NCBI GenBank assembly: GCA_964526035.1
Contig: CAZGKE010000005.1
Location: 1 to 47,570, forward strand
Direction: 5' to 3'
Length of the DNA stretch: 47,570 bases
DNA from: an uncultured Gammaproteobacteria bacterium
GTDB lineage: Bacteria > Pseudomonadota > Gammaproteobacteria > Xanthomonadales > BPKI01
The translations under genes were made by a program, and so were the position numbers. Within the stretch, counting starts at the first letter, position 1. The number at the start of each line of letters is the position of its first letter. The notes under the pieces are model-generated. The model was not told the origin of the DNA and ran no database searches. It was given only the letters and a program-made list of their open reading frames with translations. This document shows, piece by piece, positions 1-9,407 of the stretch.

Positions 1-70
1 CCGCAGGCACCCACACTGCACGCGATGGCAGGCTGGTCGGGGCGCGACAACGAAGCAGGGCGCGCGCCGC

Positions 71-1387
71 TCAGCCCTGCAGGTCGGCTGTCCCACCTCG
101 TGAGGTCGCGACGCCTTCGGTCCCCGCATTCGGATCCTCGAAGACGATTTCGTCGAGCTCGCCCTCCCATTTGGCCACCACCGTGGTGACCATCGCATCT
201 CCGGTGATGTTGACCGCAGTTCGCACCATGTCAAGAAGGCGGTCGATGCCTATGATCAGGCTGATCGCCTCCACCGGCAGACCGACCTGATTCAGCACCA
301 TGGCCAGCATGATCAGGCCGACGCCGGGCACCCCGGCGGTACCGATCGATGCCAGGGTTGCCATCAGCACCACGGTGAGAATCTGGGCCAGATTGAGGTC
401 GAGTCCGTAGACCTGGGCGATGAACACCACGGCGACACCCTGCATGATCGCGGTACCATCCATGTTGATGGTGGCGCCCAGCGGTACCGTGAAGCTGGCC
501 ACTGAGTTGTTCACGCCGATCTTCTTCTCCACGGTGCGCAGGGTGACCGGGATGGTGGCGTTGCTGCTGGCAGTGGAGAACGCGAACAGCTGCGGCGTGC
601 GCATCTTGCGCAGGAAAATGAACGGGTTCAGCCCGGTGAGGGCCTTGAGCAGCAGCGGATAGGTGATGAAGGCATGCAGCAGCAAGGCCACCAGCACCAG
701 CAGGAAGTACCAGGCCAACGGGGCAAACGCGGACAGGCCCGTTTCTGCGGCAAGTTTTGCGATCAACGCGAACACGCCGTATGGCGCGAGCTTCATCACG
801 ATGTCGACCAGCTTCATCACCACTTCGTTCCAGTCCTCGAACTGGGCCGACAGACGGCGCCCGGTCTCGCCGGTCAGTACCAACGCCAGCCCGACCAGAA
901 TGGCGAAGACGATGATCTGCAGCATGTTGCCTTCGGCCATGGCCTGCACCGGGTTGCGCGGCACCATGTTGATGAGCACATCCTGGATGGAAGGAGCCAC
1001 CGGCGCCGCGAACTCGCCGACCGCAAGTTCCGTGTCCTTTCCAGGGCCGACCAGCAGGGCGAGTGTGAGCGCGAAGGTGACCGCGAGCGCGGTAGTGGCG
1101 AGATACAGGGCAAGCGTGCGCAGGGCCAGTCGGCCAAGGCGGGCCGGGTCGCTGAGTTTGCTGGTGCCGGTCACCAGCGACACGAACACCAGAGGCACCA
1201 CCAGCATCATCAGTCCAGCGATGAAGATCTGTCCGACCGCACGGAACAGGCCGTCGGTCAGCCACGCGTGCACCGACGGCTCTGCCTGACCGGCGAGATT
1301 GACCAGGGCACCGACCACGGCACCCGCCACCAGGCCGATGATGATCTGTGCGCTCAGCGAAAGTCTTCGCGGTGCGGTCTCGGTCAT
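71..1387 (-). CDS. Dicarboxylate/amino acid:cation symporter (DAACS family)
   Basis: Motifs FSTASSNATIP, PLGATINMDG, ASIGTAGVPG, DRLLDMVRTAVN; start moved to MTETAPRR behind a GAGGA RBS. Confidence 0.95.
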   Translation of the reverse strand: MTETAPRRLSLSAQIIIGLVAGAVVGALVNLAGQAEPSVHAWLTDGLFRAVGQIFIAGLMMLVVPLVFVSLVTGTSKLSDPARLGRLALRTLALYLATTALAVTFALTLALLVGPGKDTELAVGEFAAPVAPSIQDVLINMVPRNPVQAMAEGNMLQIIVFAILVGLALVLTGETGRRLSAQFEDWNEVVMKLVDIVMKLAPYGVFALIAKLAAETGLSAFAPLAWYFLLVLVALLLHAFITYPLLLKALTGLNPFIFLRKMRTPQLFAFSTASSNATIPVTLRTVEKKIGVNNSVASFTVPLGATINMDGTAIMQGVAVVFIAQVYGLDLNLAQILTVVLMATLASIGTAGVPGVGLIMLAMVLNQVGLPVEAISLIIGIDRLLDMVRTAVNITGDAMVTTVVAKWEGELDEIVFEDPNAGTEGVATSRGGTADLQG

Positions 1388-1415
1388 GCCTTGTTCCTCG
1401 GGCGTCGGGGTGCCG

Positions 1416-1421
1416 ATTATA
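1416..1421 (-). promoter_or_regulatory. Putative sigma70 -10 box for the symporter
   Basis: Perfect TATAAT on the minus strand 28 nt upstream of the ATG; no clear -35. Confidence 0.45.
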
Positions 1422-1430
1422 GGCGCTGCG

Positions 1431-3257
1431 TCATGGGCTGCCCGCAACGTCGGACTCAACGCGATTGCGTCCTTTCCGCTTTGCCTCATAAAGGGCGACA
1501 TCCGCGCGCTTGACCAGATCGGTGGCGTCGGTCGCTGTGGCGGGCGTGATGCAGGCGGCACCAGCGCTGATGGTCATGACGTTTGCGTTCTGCGGCGGGC
1601 CCGCTGGCAGCGCCAGACGCTCGATTGCCGCGCGCATCGACTCGGCCAGCAACAGTGCGCTGGCAAGGTCGGTCCGAGGCAGGACCGCGGCAAACTCCTC
1701 TCCGCCGAAGCGAGCCAGCAGATCGCTGCTGCGCTGCGTGCACCCAGCCAGAGCGGTGGCAATCTCGCGCAGACACGCGTCGCCGGCCAGGTGGCCGTGG
1801 ACGTCGTTGAAGTCCTTGAAATGGTCAACGTCGAGGAGGATCACCGACAGCGGTTCCTCAAGGCGCTGCATGCGCCGCCATTCGGCGTCCAGCACCTCTT
1901 CGAAGCGGCGTCGGTTGGCGATGCCTGTGAGGCTGTCGAGTTGACTGATCTCCTCAAGCTGCCGGTTCGCTTCGCGCAGCTGCCTGTTGGCAGCCTCGGC
2001 CGCTTCGTGCGCCAACTCGACGCGTCTGGTTTCTGCGCCCAGCTCGGCAGTGCGCGCCTGCACCTGCTGCTCGAGCTGTTCGCGCGAGCGGGTTTCAATG
2101 TCGAGCTTCTCGCGCCTGAGCAGATTGATCCTGTCGCCCAGCGCAAAGGCCAGCAGCAGCATTTCCAGTGCTGAGCCGATCTGTGCGCCGTACAGCGTGA
2201 CGAACACGCGGGGCAGTAGACCAAAAAAGGTCATCACGTAGGCGATGACGCCCAGGACCAGCGCCGAGCAGGCGATCAGGTAGAAGCGCGCAGGCAGATA
2301 GCCCCGCCGCAACGCCACGATGCCCGCCGGCAGGTAGATCAGGCTGGCGAACAGCGCAGCCAGCGCGAGCAGGTTGCTGGCCAGCCACCACTGTCCCAGT
2401 GCGCCCGACGTTGCAGCCGTCAACGCGAGTGCGGAAATGCCGTGCAGCGCGTAGTGAAACGGGGGGCTGTTGCGCTTGAGCTCGAGAAACACCTGCACAA
2501 AGCGATTGCCGGTAAGCAGCGCGGCGACGATCAGAACGAAGCTGCTGTGGATGTTCCATCCCGTCGCGTTGGGCCAGAGCAACTCGAAGCCGATGCCGGC
2601 GCGCGCCACCCAGATCATTCCAAAGCTCCCGGCGTACAGCACGTACCAGAAATACACGCGATCGCGCACGACGAAGCCAAGGAACAGGTGGAACAGTGCC
2701 AGCGCGAGGATGAGCCCGCCGTAAATGCCGTTCAACAAGCTGAAGCGGCGCAGCCAATCGCTGAAGTCGCGCTCACTCTGCAGGCCGTCAACGAAACGAA
2801 CGGGGGCCAGATAGCCGTCGAAGCGGCCATCGAAACGCAGCAGCAGCGGGTAGCCGTCGTGGCTGGGCAACGGCAGCGAGAGGAAGTCGCTGGGCACGCT
2901 GCGTTCGCCGATGGTGAGGCTGGTGCCGGTGCGCGAGAAGACGCTGCCGTCGGTGGCGAATACCTCCACCTGATGCCAGAAGCGGCCGGGTCTGAGCAGC
3001 AGCGGTTCGCCCTGATCGAGGCCGTCAAGGTCCAGCCATGCCCACCAGATCCGGTTCTGTTCGGCGCGCTGCAGCGAAAACGGAACCACGCTGTGCGCCG
3101 GCGGTCGACGAGGAAGTGCATGCGCCTGCAGCGACGCTTCGGCATCGGGCAGGACACGCAGGCGCTGCAGGGTCTGGTCAGCGTCCAGGGGTTGGGCAAG
3201 CGCTGCCCCGGCGGCCCAGCCCAGGATCAGCACAGCCAGCCAGCGAAGCGATCTCAA
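1431..3257 (-). CDS. 7TMR-DISM-type sensor diguanylate cyclase
   Basis: Signal peptide, periplasmic domain, 7 TM-like segments ending LEMLLLAFAL, coiled coil, DSLTGIANRR, RSSD I-site, RFGGEEF; TTG start overlapping the arsC stop is inferred. Confidence 0.9.
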   Translation of the reverse strand: MRSLRWLAVLILGWAAGAALAQPLDADQTLQRLRVLPDAEASLQAHALPRRPPAHSVVPFSLQRAEQNRIWWAWLDLDGLDQGEPLLLRPGRFWHQVEVFATDGSVFSRTGTSLTIGERSVPSDFLSLPLPSHDGYPLLLRFDGRFDGYLAPVRFVDGLQSERDFSDWLRRFSLLNGIYGGLILALALFHLFLGFVVRDRVYFWYVLYAGSFGMIWVARAGIGFELLWPNATGWNIHSSFVLIVAALLTGNRFVQVFLELKRNSPPFHYALHGISALALTAATSGALGQWWLASNLLALAALFASLIYLPAGIVALRRGYLPARFYLIACSALVLGVIAYVMTFFGLLPRVFVTLYGAQIGSALEMLLLAFALGDRINLLRREKLDIETRSREQLEQQVQARTAELGAETRRVELAHEAAEAANRQLREANRQLEEISQLDSLTGIANRRRFEEVLDAEWRRMQRLEEPLSVILLDVDHFKDFNDVHGHLAGDACLREIATALAGCTQRSSDLLARFGGEEFAAVLPRTDLASALLLAESMRAAIERLALPAGPPQNANVMTISAGAACITPATATDATDLVKRADVALYEAKRKGRNRVESDVAGSP

Positions 3258-3631
3258 GTAGCGTCCTGCGACGGCAGCGATGCCACCCATTCGAGAACAG
3301 CTTCGGGTGGTCGTCCAATCACGGCGTCCGTCCCGACTTTCACGATCGGGCGCTGCAACAGATGCGGATGGGCGGCGATCGCTTCGAGGATGCGAGAGTC
3401 CGGGCACGAAGGGTCGTCCAGTTGCAGTGCCAGATACTCCGGACTGTCACTGCGCAACATCTCGCGCGCGGGTCGGCCCAGCGCGGCATGCAGGGATCGC
3501 AATGTGTCGAGATCCGGCGGAAATGTCAGGTACTCGATGATCCTCGGTTCGATGCCGTATTCGCGCAGAATTTCGAGTGCGGCGCGCGATTTGGAGCAGC
3601 GTGGGTTGTGAAACAGGGTGCAGGAGCGCAT
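3254..3631 (-). CDS. arsC: ArsC family (glutaredoxin-type) reductase
   Basis: HNPRCSKSR, LLQRPIV and IGRPPE motifs. Confidence 0.9.
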   Translation of the reverse strand: MRSCTLFHNPRCSKSRAALEILREYGIEPRIIEYLTFPPDLDTLRSLHAALGRPAREMLRSDSPEYLALQLDDPSCPDSRILEAIAAHPHLLQRPIVKVGTDAVIGRPPEAVLEWVASLPSQDAT

Positions 3632-3855
3632 CGATGGGTTTTCGGCTTGTGTGCCGGTCATCTTAGCCCGGAAATTTCATGAGCTCGCGCGATGACCGCG
3701 AGAGCGTGTGAGATTCATGAAGCATGCGGGCTAGCGCATGGCCGGTGAGCAGCGATGGACGGTTACGCTGCAAAGGACCAGGAGGTGCCCGCTCCGACCT
3801 GCTGCGCGTGTCTGCCGACTGCCCTGGTTTTTCTGCATCGGGCTACACTCGCGCC

Positions 3856-4635
3856 ATGGTTCCGCTGGTCGACAGTCATTGCCATCTGGACGTGCCGGAG
3901 TTCGACGCCGATCGCCTGGAGGTGCTGGCGCGGGCGCGCGCGGCCGGTGTGCATGTGCAGGTTATCCCCGCCATTTGCCGCGCTTCATGGCCTGCGCTGC
4001 GCGCGCTGTGCGCGGCCGAGTCTGGCCTGTTTGCCGCCTACGGAATGCATCCGATGTTTCTCGATGAGCATTGCGATGGGGACGTCGATGCGCTCGCCGA
4101 CTGGCTGCGGGAATCCCCTGCTGTAGCCGTGGGTGAGTGCGGACTGGACAACTACATCGACCACCCGCGGCTCGACCGTCAGCACTCGCTGTTCGAGGGG
4201 CAACTCGCCGTCGCCCGCGAGTTCGGCCTGCCGGTGATCCTGCACGCGCGACGCGCGATCGATGCAGTGATCGCTTCGCTGCGTCGGATCGGCGGGCTGC
4301 GCGGCGTGGTGCACAGCTTCGGCGGCAGCGCGCAACAGGCGGAGCAGCTGTGGCGCATGGACTTTCATATCGGCATCGGCGGGCCGGTGACCTACCCGCG
4401 GGCCAAGCGGCTTCGCTCCTTGGTGGCCTCGATTCCGGCGGAGAGCCTGCTTTTGGAAACCGACGCGCCGGATCAGCCGCTTGCGGTTCATCGAGGGCAG
4501 CGCAACGAGCCCTGCCGCCTGCCGGAAGTGTTGGCAGAGGTCGCGGAGCTGCGCGGCACGACCCAGGAGGCGCTCGCCGAGCAGCTGTGGCGCAATGCTC
4601 GCGACCTGTTCGCATTCCCCGATTCTGCCCCGTAG
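3856..4635 (+). CDS. TatD family deoxyribonuclease
   Basis: DSHCH, GECGLD, LPVILH, LETDAPD motifs; start moved to MVPLVDSH. Confidence 0.93.
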   Translation: MVPLVDSHCHLDVPEFDADRLEVLARARAAGVHVQVIPAICRASWPALRALCAAESGLFAAYGMHPMFLDEHCDGDVDALADWLRESPAVAVGECGLDNYIDHPRLDRQHSLFEGQLAVAREFGLPVILHARRAIDAVIASLRRIGGLRGVVHSFGGSAQQAEQLWRMDFHIGIGGPVTYPRAKRLRSLVASIPAESLLLETDAPDQPLAVHRGQRNEPCRLPEVLAEVAELRGTTQEALAEQLWRNARDLFAFPDSAP

Positions 4636-4659
4636 TGCCCAAGGCCGCTCTGTCGGGCA
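4632..4659 (+). repeat. Possible GTAG-type REP
   Basis: GTAG followed by TGCCC...GGGCA imperfect palindrome; single copy in the window. Confidence 0.3.
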
Positions 4660-4719
4660 GGACCGCGGAACTACGTTGCGCAGCGTTCGCGACTGTTTGC
4701 GGTGCTGCTCGCGGTATTC

Positions 4720-6705
4720 CTACCAGTGGATTCCGCGCATCAGCGCCGCAAACGCCATCTGCTCGTTCGACGGCTGCACCGGCTCCGCGCCCTTTTCACC
4801 CTTCGCGGCGGAGGAGTCCGGGAACAGGCGGAAAGCGGTGTTCATCATCACCTCCCAGACTTTCGGTGCCAGCGCATACAGCACGGCGCCGAAGATGCCG
4901 AGGCGGGTGGCGATGCGCCCCGGTCGTTCGATGATGGCGCGCACCACCAGGTCGGCGGCTTCGTCCGGACTCAGGGTGGGCACGCTCTGGTAGATCTTGG
5001 TGGGCGCGATCATGGGCGTGCGCACCAGGGGCATGTTGATGGTGGTGAACACGATGTTGTTGTCGGAGAACTCCGCCTGCGCGCAGCGAGAAAACGCATC
5101 CAGCGCCGCCTTGGAGGCGACATAGGCGGAAAAGCGCGGTGCGTTCGACAGGACCCCGATGGAGGAGATGTTGATGACGTGCCCGGCACGACGTTCGGTC
5201 ATCGACGGCAGGCAACCCATGATCAGTCGCAGCGAGCCGAAGTAGTTGAGCTGCATGGTGCGCTCGAAGTCATGGAAGCGGTCATAGCTCAACGCGATCG
5301 ATCGTCGGATCGAGCGGCCGGCATTGTTGATCAGGATATCGACATGGCCGTGGTCCTTCATCACCTGCGCAATGAGGTCATCGCAGCTCGACAGTTCGGC
5401 GAGGTCGGCGCTGTAGGTGTAGGCCTCGCCGCCGAGCGCCTCGATCTCGGCCTTGGTGGCGTCGAGCTCTTCCTGCTTGCGTGCCACCACGATGGTCTTG
5501 GCGCCGGCCTGTGCCAGCTTGAGCACGGTGGCCTTGCCGATGCCGCTGGTGCCGCCGGTGACGATGACCACCTTGCCCTTGACCCGACCGGCAAGAGAGC
5601 GGTCGACGTGCAGGTCGGGGTCGAGGTGGCGTTCCCAGTAGTCCCAGAGCCGCCAGGCATAGTCTTCAAGCCTCGGTACCGAGATCTTCGAACCCTTCAG
5701 GGCTCGCTCCACCTCGCGGGTGTCGAAGCGGGTCGGGTAGGTGACGAACTTCAGCACGTCGCGGGGGATGCGATATTCGCGCAGCAGCACCGCGATCAGG
5801 CGTCGCACCGGCGGCAGATTTCCGACTGCCTGCTTCACCATCGGCGGCACGAAGGCGAACATTCGGGCGTCGACGCGCATGGTCATCAGCGGCGCATGAC
5901 CGGCGCTGGCGAAAATGTTCAGCACCTCGCCGACGCGCATTGGCTGCGGATCCACGAGATGGAAGCAGCCGCCGTCGAGGCCCGGCTTGTGGGCGATGTG
6001 ATCCATGGCGTCGGCGACGAAGTCGACCGGCACCACATTGATGCGGCTGCCCTCGATGCCGATGGTCGGCATCCACGGCGGCAGCATTTCGCGCATGCGC
6101 TTGATCAGGGTGAAGAAATAATAGGGTCCGTCGATCTTGTCCATCTCGCCGGTCTTTGAGTGGCCGACGACGATGCCCGGGCGATAGATGCGAAACGGCC
6201 GCTTGCATTCGTTGCGCACGATGCCTTCGGAATCGTGCTTGGTGCGGAAGTAGGGGTGATCCAGGCCTTCTGCTTCGTTGAACATGTCCTCGCGGAACAT
6301 GCCGGGGTAGAGGCCGGCGGCGGCGATCGAGCTGACGTGGTGAAAACAGCCCGCGTTCAGCGCTTCGGCCAGCTGCACTGCGTTGCGGGTGCCGTCGACG
6401 TTGGCCACCATCTGACTTTCGGCGTCAGCCTCCATGTCGTAGATGGCTGCCAGATGGAAGAAATGACGGATCTTGCCCTTCAGCGACTTCAGGCTGGCTG
6501 CAGTCAACCCCAGCTTCGGCTTGCTCAGGTCACCGCTGATGCCGACCAGGCGCTTGGAGTCGACGCCCAATCGCTGGCGCAGGGCATCGAGCTTTTTCTG
6601 GGAGCCGCGCCGCACCAGCACATAGATGGTGCCCTTGCGCTTCAGCAGGTTGGCGATCAGATGACGTCCGATGAAGCCGGTGCCGCCGGTGACGAAGTAA
6701 TTCAT
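4720..6705 (-). CDS. Two-domain fatty acyl-CoA reductase (Marinobacter Maqu_2507/AcrB-like; extended SDR plus classical SDR)
   Basis: TGGTGFIG and TGGTSGIG Rossmann motifs, YFRTK and YVASK catalytic motifs, NNAGRSIRRS, DRFHDFERTMQLNYFG; 661 aa. Confidence 0.9.
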   Translation of the reverse strand: MNYFVTGGTGFIGRHLIANLLKRKGTIYVLVRRGSQKKLDALRQRLGVDSKRLVGISGDLSKPKLGLTAASLKSLKGKIRHFFHLAAIYDMEADAESQMVANVDGTRNAVQLAEALNAGCFHHVSSIAAAGLYPGMFREDMFNEAEGLDHPYFRTKHDSEGIVRNECKRPFRIYRPGIVVGHSKTGEMDKIDGPYYFFTLIKRMREMLPPWMPTIGIEGSRINVVPVDFVADAMDHIAHKPGLDGGCFHLVDPQPMRVGEVLNIFASAGHAPLMTMRVDARMFAFVPPMVKQAVGNLPPVRRLIAVLLREYRIPRDVLKFVTYPTRFDTREVERALKGSKISVPRLEDYAWRLWDYWERHLDPDLHVDRSLAGRVKGKVVIVTGGTSGIGKATVLKLAQAGAKTIVVARKQEELDATKAEIEALGGEAYTYSADLAELSSCDDLIAQVMKDHGHVDILINNAGRSIRRSIALSYDRFHDFERTMQLNYFGSLRLIMGCLPSMTERRAGHVINISSIGVLSNAPRFSAYVASKAALDAFSRCAQAEFSDNNIVFTTINMPLVRTPMIAPTKIYQSVPTLSPDEAADLVVRAIIERPGRIATRLGIFGAVLYALAPKVWEVMMNTAFRLFPDSSAAKGEKGAEPVQPSNEQMAFAALMRGIHW

Positions 6706-6866
6706 TGAGGCTCCCCCGGGAATGAATGCAGCGCTTGGTCCGGACCATAAGATAGCCGCGTGGACTGCCCATGCCTAGGGAAGCTCCTGACAAGTCCTCG
6801 CGCCCTGCGCCGGGGGCGGTCTGGAAAGCTCCTCGGCGCATGCCGTTTGGCCCCATCGACATTGCG

Positions 6867-6896
6867 TTGACCCCCGCAGCGGCCGCGTGCTAGAAA
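6867..6896 (+). promoter_or_regulatory. Putative sigma70 promoter for ACBP-TetR
   Basis: TTGACC-N18-TAGAAA with a TG extension. Confidence 0.4.
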
Positions 6897-6942
6897 CGGC
6901 TCCGGCGCAGCGGGCGCCCTTTGGCAGTCTGGAGAGCGGGCA

Positions 6943-7200
6943 ATGGCGGACCTCAAGACCGAATTCGAAGAAGCGGCGAAGAAGGCCATGAACCTGGCCG
7001 AACGTCCGGACAACGACACCCTGCTGCGAATGTATGCGCTCTACAAGCAGGGTTCTGCCGGGGACGTATCCGGCCCCAAGCCCGGCTTTTTCGATTTCGT
7101 CGGCACCGCCAAGTACGAGGCCTGGGCCAAGCTGGCCGGGACCTCCGAGGACGAGGCGATGAAGAAATACGTCGACCTGGTCAACAAGCTCACGGGCTGA
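6943..7200 (+). CDS. Acyl-CoA-binding protein (ACBP)
   Basis: LRMYALYKQGSAGD, KPGFFD, KYEAW, AMKKYVDLV. Confidence 0.95.
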   Translation: MADLKTEFEEAAKKAMNLAERPDNDTLLRMYALYKQGSAGDVSGPKPGFFDFVGTAKYEAWAKLAGTSEDEAMKKYVDLVNKLTG

Positions 7201-7217
7201 GGCCGCGGGCCCCGCGT

Positions 7218-7850
7218 GTGGCCACCAATACCCGCCAGCGTATCCTGGATACCAGCCTCGTCCTGTTCAACGAGCAGGGTGAGCCCAATGTCACCACCAA
7301 CCATATCGCCGACGAACTGGAAATCAGTCCAGGCAACCTTTACTACCATTACCGCAACAAGGACGACATCGTCGAGCACCTGTTCGCCCGGTTCGAGGCG
7401 CGCATGGACGAGGTGCTGGTGCTGCCGGGCGAGCGTCTGCCGGACCTCGAGGACATCTGGCTGCAGCTTCACATGGTGTTCGAATGCATGTGGGACTATC
7501 GCTTCGTCTACCGCGACCTGGTCGACATCCTCAGCCGCAACCGCAAGCTGCGGGCGCACTTCGGCCGCATTCTGCGGCGCGCCTCGGTCAACGCGCGTGG
7601 GGTCCTGAGCGGTCTTGCGAAAGCCGAGATCCTGCGCGCCAGTGCGGCGGAGATCGACGCCACCGCCGACAACATCCTGCTCATCTCCACCTTCTGGCTC
7701 AACTTCGACGCCGTTCGCCAGGGCCGCATCGGCCACGTCGACATCGACCTGCGCGGCGGCATCTTCCAGGTGATGATGCTGCTGGCGCCGCTGTTGCGCG
7801 ACGCCGAGCGCGTGCATCTGCACCGCCTCGCCGCCGCCTACCGGAAATGA
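7218..7850 (+). CDS. TetR/AcrR regulator, PhaD-like
   Basis: TRQRILDTSLVLFNEQGEPNVTTNHIADELEISPGNLYYHY helix-turn-helix; GTG start inferred. Confidence 0.9.
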   Translation: MATNTRQRILDTSLVLFNEQGEPNVTTNHIADELEISPGNLYYHYRNKDDIVEHLFARFEARMDEVLVLPGERLPDLEDIWLQLHMVFECMWDYRFVYRDLVDILSRNRKLRAHFGRILRRASVNARGVLSGLAKAEILRASAAEIDATADNILLISTFWLNFDAVRQGRIGHVDIDLRGGIFQVMMLLAPLLRDAERVHLHRLAAAYRK

Positions 7851-7877
7851 AAACGCCCCGGGCATGCCGGGGCGTTT
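7851..7877. terminator. Bidirectional intrinsic terminator
   Basis: AAACGCCCCGG-GCATG-CCGGGGCGTTT between convergent genes. Confidence 0.85.
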
Positions 7878-7890
7878 CGTTTCACGTGAC

Positions 7891-8283
7891 TTACCTGCTC
7901 AGCGACTTGATCTGCCGATTGAGCTCGGTGACGCGCACGGTGAGCTCCTGGATTTCGGCGCGCGACGGAACGCCGAACCTGTTCAGAACGCCGCCGACCA
8001 CGTTCTCGACCGTGCTGCCGGCACGCTCGAAGCCCTTTTCGACGCGCTTGCGCACCGGCACCAGGATGTCCTTGAAGCCCTTGTTGACGTCCTTCGCGAC
8101 GGTCCTGGCCATCTTCTCCGATCGGTTCTGCAAGGTCTTGCCCTCGCTGACCAGACTTCCGAAGGTGGAGCGGCCCTTCTGCTGGGCGATGGATACGGCG
8201 CCGAGTCCGGCCAGCCACATGTCGCGGGCGAGGTCGGTGCCGTTGCGGTTCGGGGTGCTGCGGGTGCGGGTCTGCTTGCTCAT
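7891..8283 (-). CDS. Phasin (PhaI/PhaF-type granule-associated protein)
   Basis: MWLAGLGA...G...F..LVSEG and GVPSRAEIQEL signatures; GGAG RBS. Confidence 0.85.
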   Translation of the reverse strand: MSKQTRTRSTPNRNGTDLARDMWLAGLGAVSIAQQKGRSTFGSLVSEGKTLQNRSEKMARTVAKDVNKGFKDILVPVRKRVEKGFERAGSTVENVVGGVLNRFGVPSRAEIQELTVRVTELNRQIKSLSR

Positions 8284-8422
8284 GGAGTCTCTCCGGTCTG
8301 GGTTCGCGCTGCGTGGCGCTCGCCGCGAACACTAGCCACGGCCTCTAGAACAATCACACTACGCTTGCCTCGCGTCGCGCCATTGCGGATGCTTGGCGCC
8401 GGACCACAGCGGAGTGCGCGAC

Positions 8423-9271
8423 ATGGGCAGATCCTGGACGGCCTTTCCTCACCCGGACAAGGCCTTCGACTACAGCGGCACGAAACTGCAGAAGGCCTGG
8501 GGCGAACTGCATTGCGGCGACCAGGAGCCTTTTCCAGACGAGGCGCGACTGCAGGAGTTGCTCGCTGCAGCCGGGAAGGGCGGGAAGGCGCCGGCTTCGG
8601 GCAGGGCTGCGGAAACGCTGCAGGATGCCTGGCGTGCCTTCCACCGCGGCGACTTCCAGCAGGCGGTGGAACTGGGTGAGTCCCTGGGCGTGGCAGGCGC
8701 CACGGTCGCCAACAAGGCCGAGGGCATTCACGCCGTTTACCTGGTCGACGACGACAAGACGAAGCTCAAGCATTTCATGAACTGCGTGGAGCGCGCCGAG
8801 GCTGCCATGGCGGCGCTGCCGAAGGACGCCAACGCGCACTACTTCCGGGCCTTTGCGCTGGGTCGCTACAGCCAGGGCATCTCCATCACCAAGGCGCTGT
8901 CGCAGGGGCTGGCCGGCAAGGTCAAGGAAAGCCTCGACCTGGTCCTGAAGCTCGCCCCGAAGCACGCCGAGGCGCATATCGCACTTGGCCTGTACCACGC
9001 CGAGATCATCGACAAGGTCGGCGCCATGATCGGTGGCCTGACCTACGGCGCCAAGGCGGCAACCTCGATGGAACATCTCGAGAAGGCGCTGAAGCTCACT
9101 CCGAAGGCACCGATCGCCTGGATCGAGTTCGGCAACGGGTTGATCATGTTGCACGGTGACAAGAAGCTGGGCGAGGCGGAGAAGGCATACGCCAAGGCTG
9201 CGGCGATCAAGCCGATTGACGCCATGCAGGCCCTTGATGTGGCTTATGCCAGGGAGCAACTGGAGGACTGA
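8423..9271 (+). CDS. Hypothetical all-helical/TPR-like protein
   Basis: Host-like codon use, GGAG RBS, helical repeats (AHYFRAFALGRYSQ, AHIALGLYHAE). Confidence 0.8.
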   Translation: MGRSWTAFPHPDKAFDYSGTKLQKAWGELHCGDQEPFPDEARLQELLAAAGKGGKAPASGRAAETLQDAWRAFHRGDFQQAVELGESLGVAGATVANKAEGIHAVYLVDDDKTKLKHFMNCVERAEAAMAALPKDANAHYFRAFALGRYSQGISITKALSQGLAGKVKESLDLVLKLAPKHAEAHIALGLYHAEIIDKVGAMIGGLTYGAKAATSMEHLEKALKLTPKAPIAWIEFGNGLIMLHGDKKLGEAEKAYAKAAAIKPIDAMQALDVAYAREQLED

Positions 9272-9345
9272 AGCCCTCCCACAGGCAAGAAGGTCCGATG
9301 CCCCGAGGGCTGGCTTCCCGGAGGCAAGAAGGCCCGGAGCCCCTT

Positions 9346-9371
9346 GTGGGAGCGGCCTCAGCCGCGACCGT
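9346..9371 (+). repeat. GTGG-headed REP-like element, copy 1
   Basis: GTGGGAGCGGCCTCAGCCGCGACCGT, 24/26 identical to 38905-38930. Confidence 0.7.
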
Positions 9372-9407
9372 TCGGGTGGTTCGATGCGTTGCGCGTCGGG
9401 GGCAGAG

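Noticed and set aside
3674-3721. TTCATGA repeats and hairpin between arsC and tatD as an operator
   Set aside because: Short, imperfect and no second instance in the window to support it
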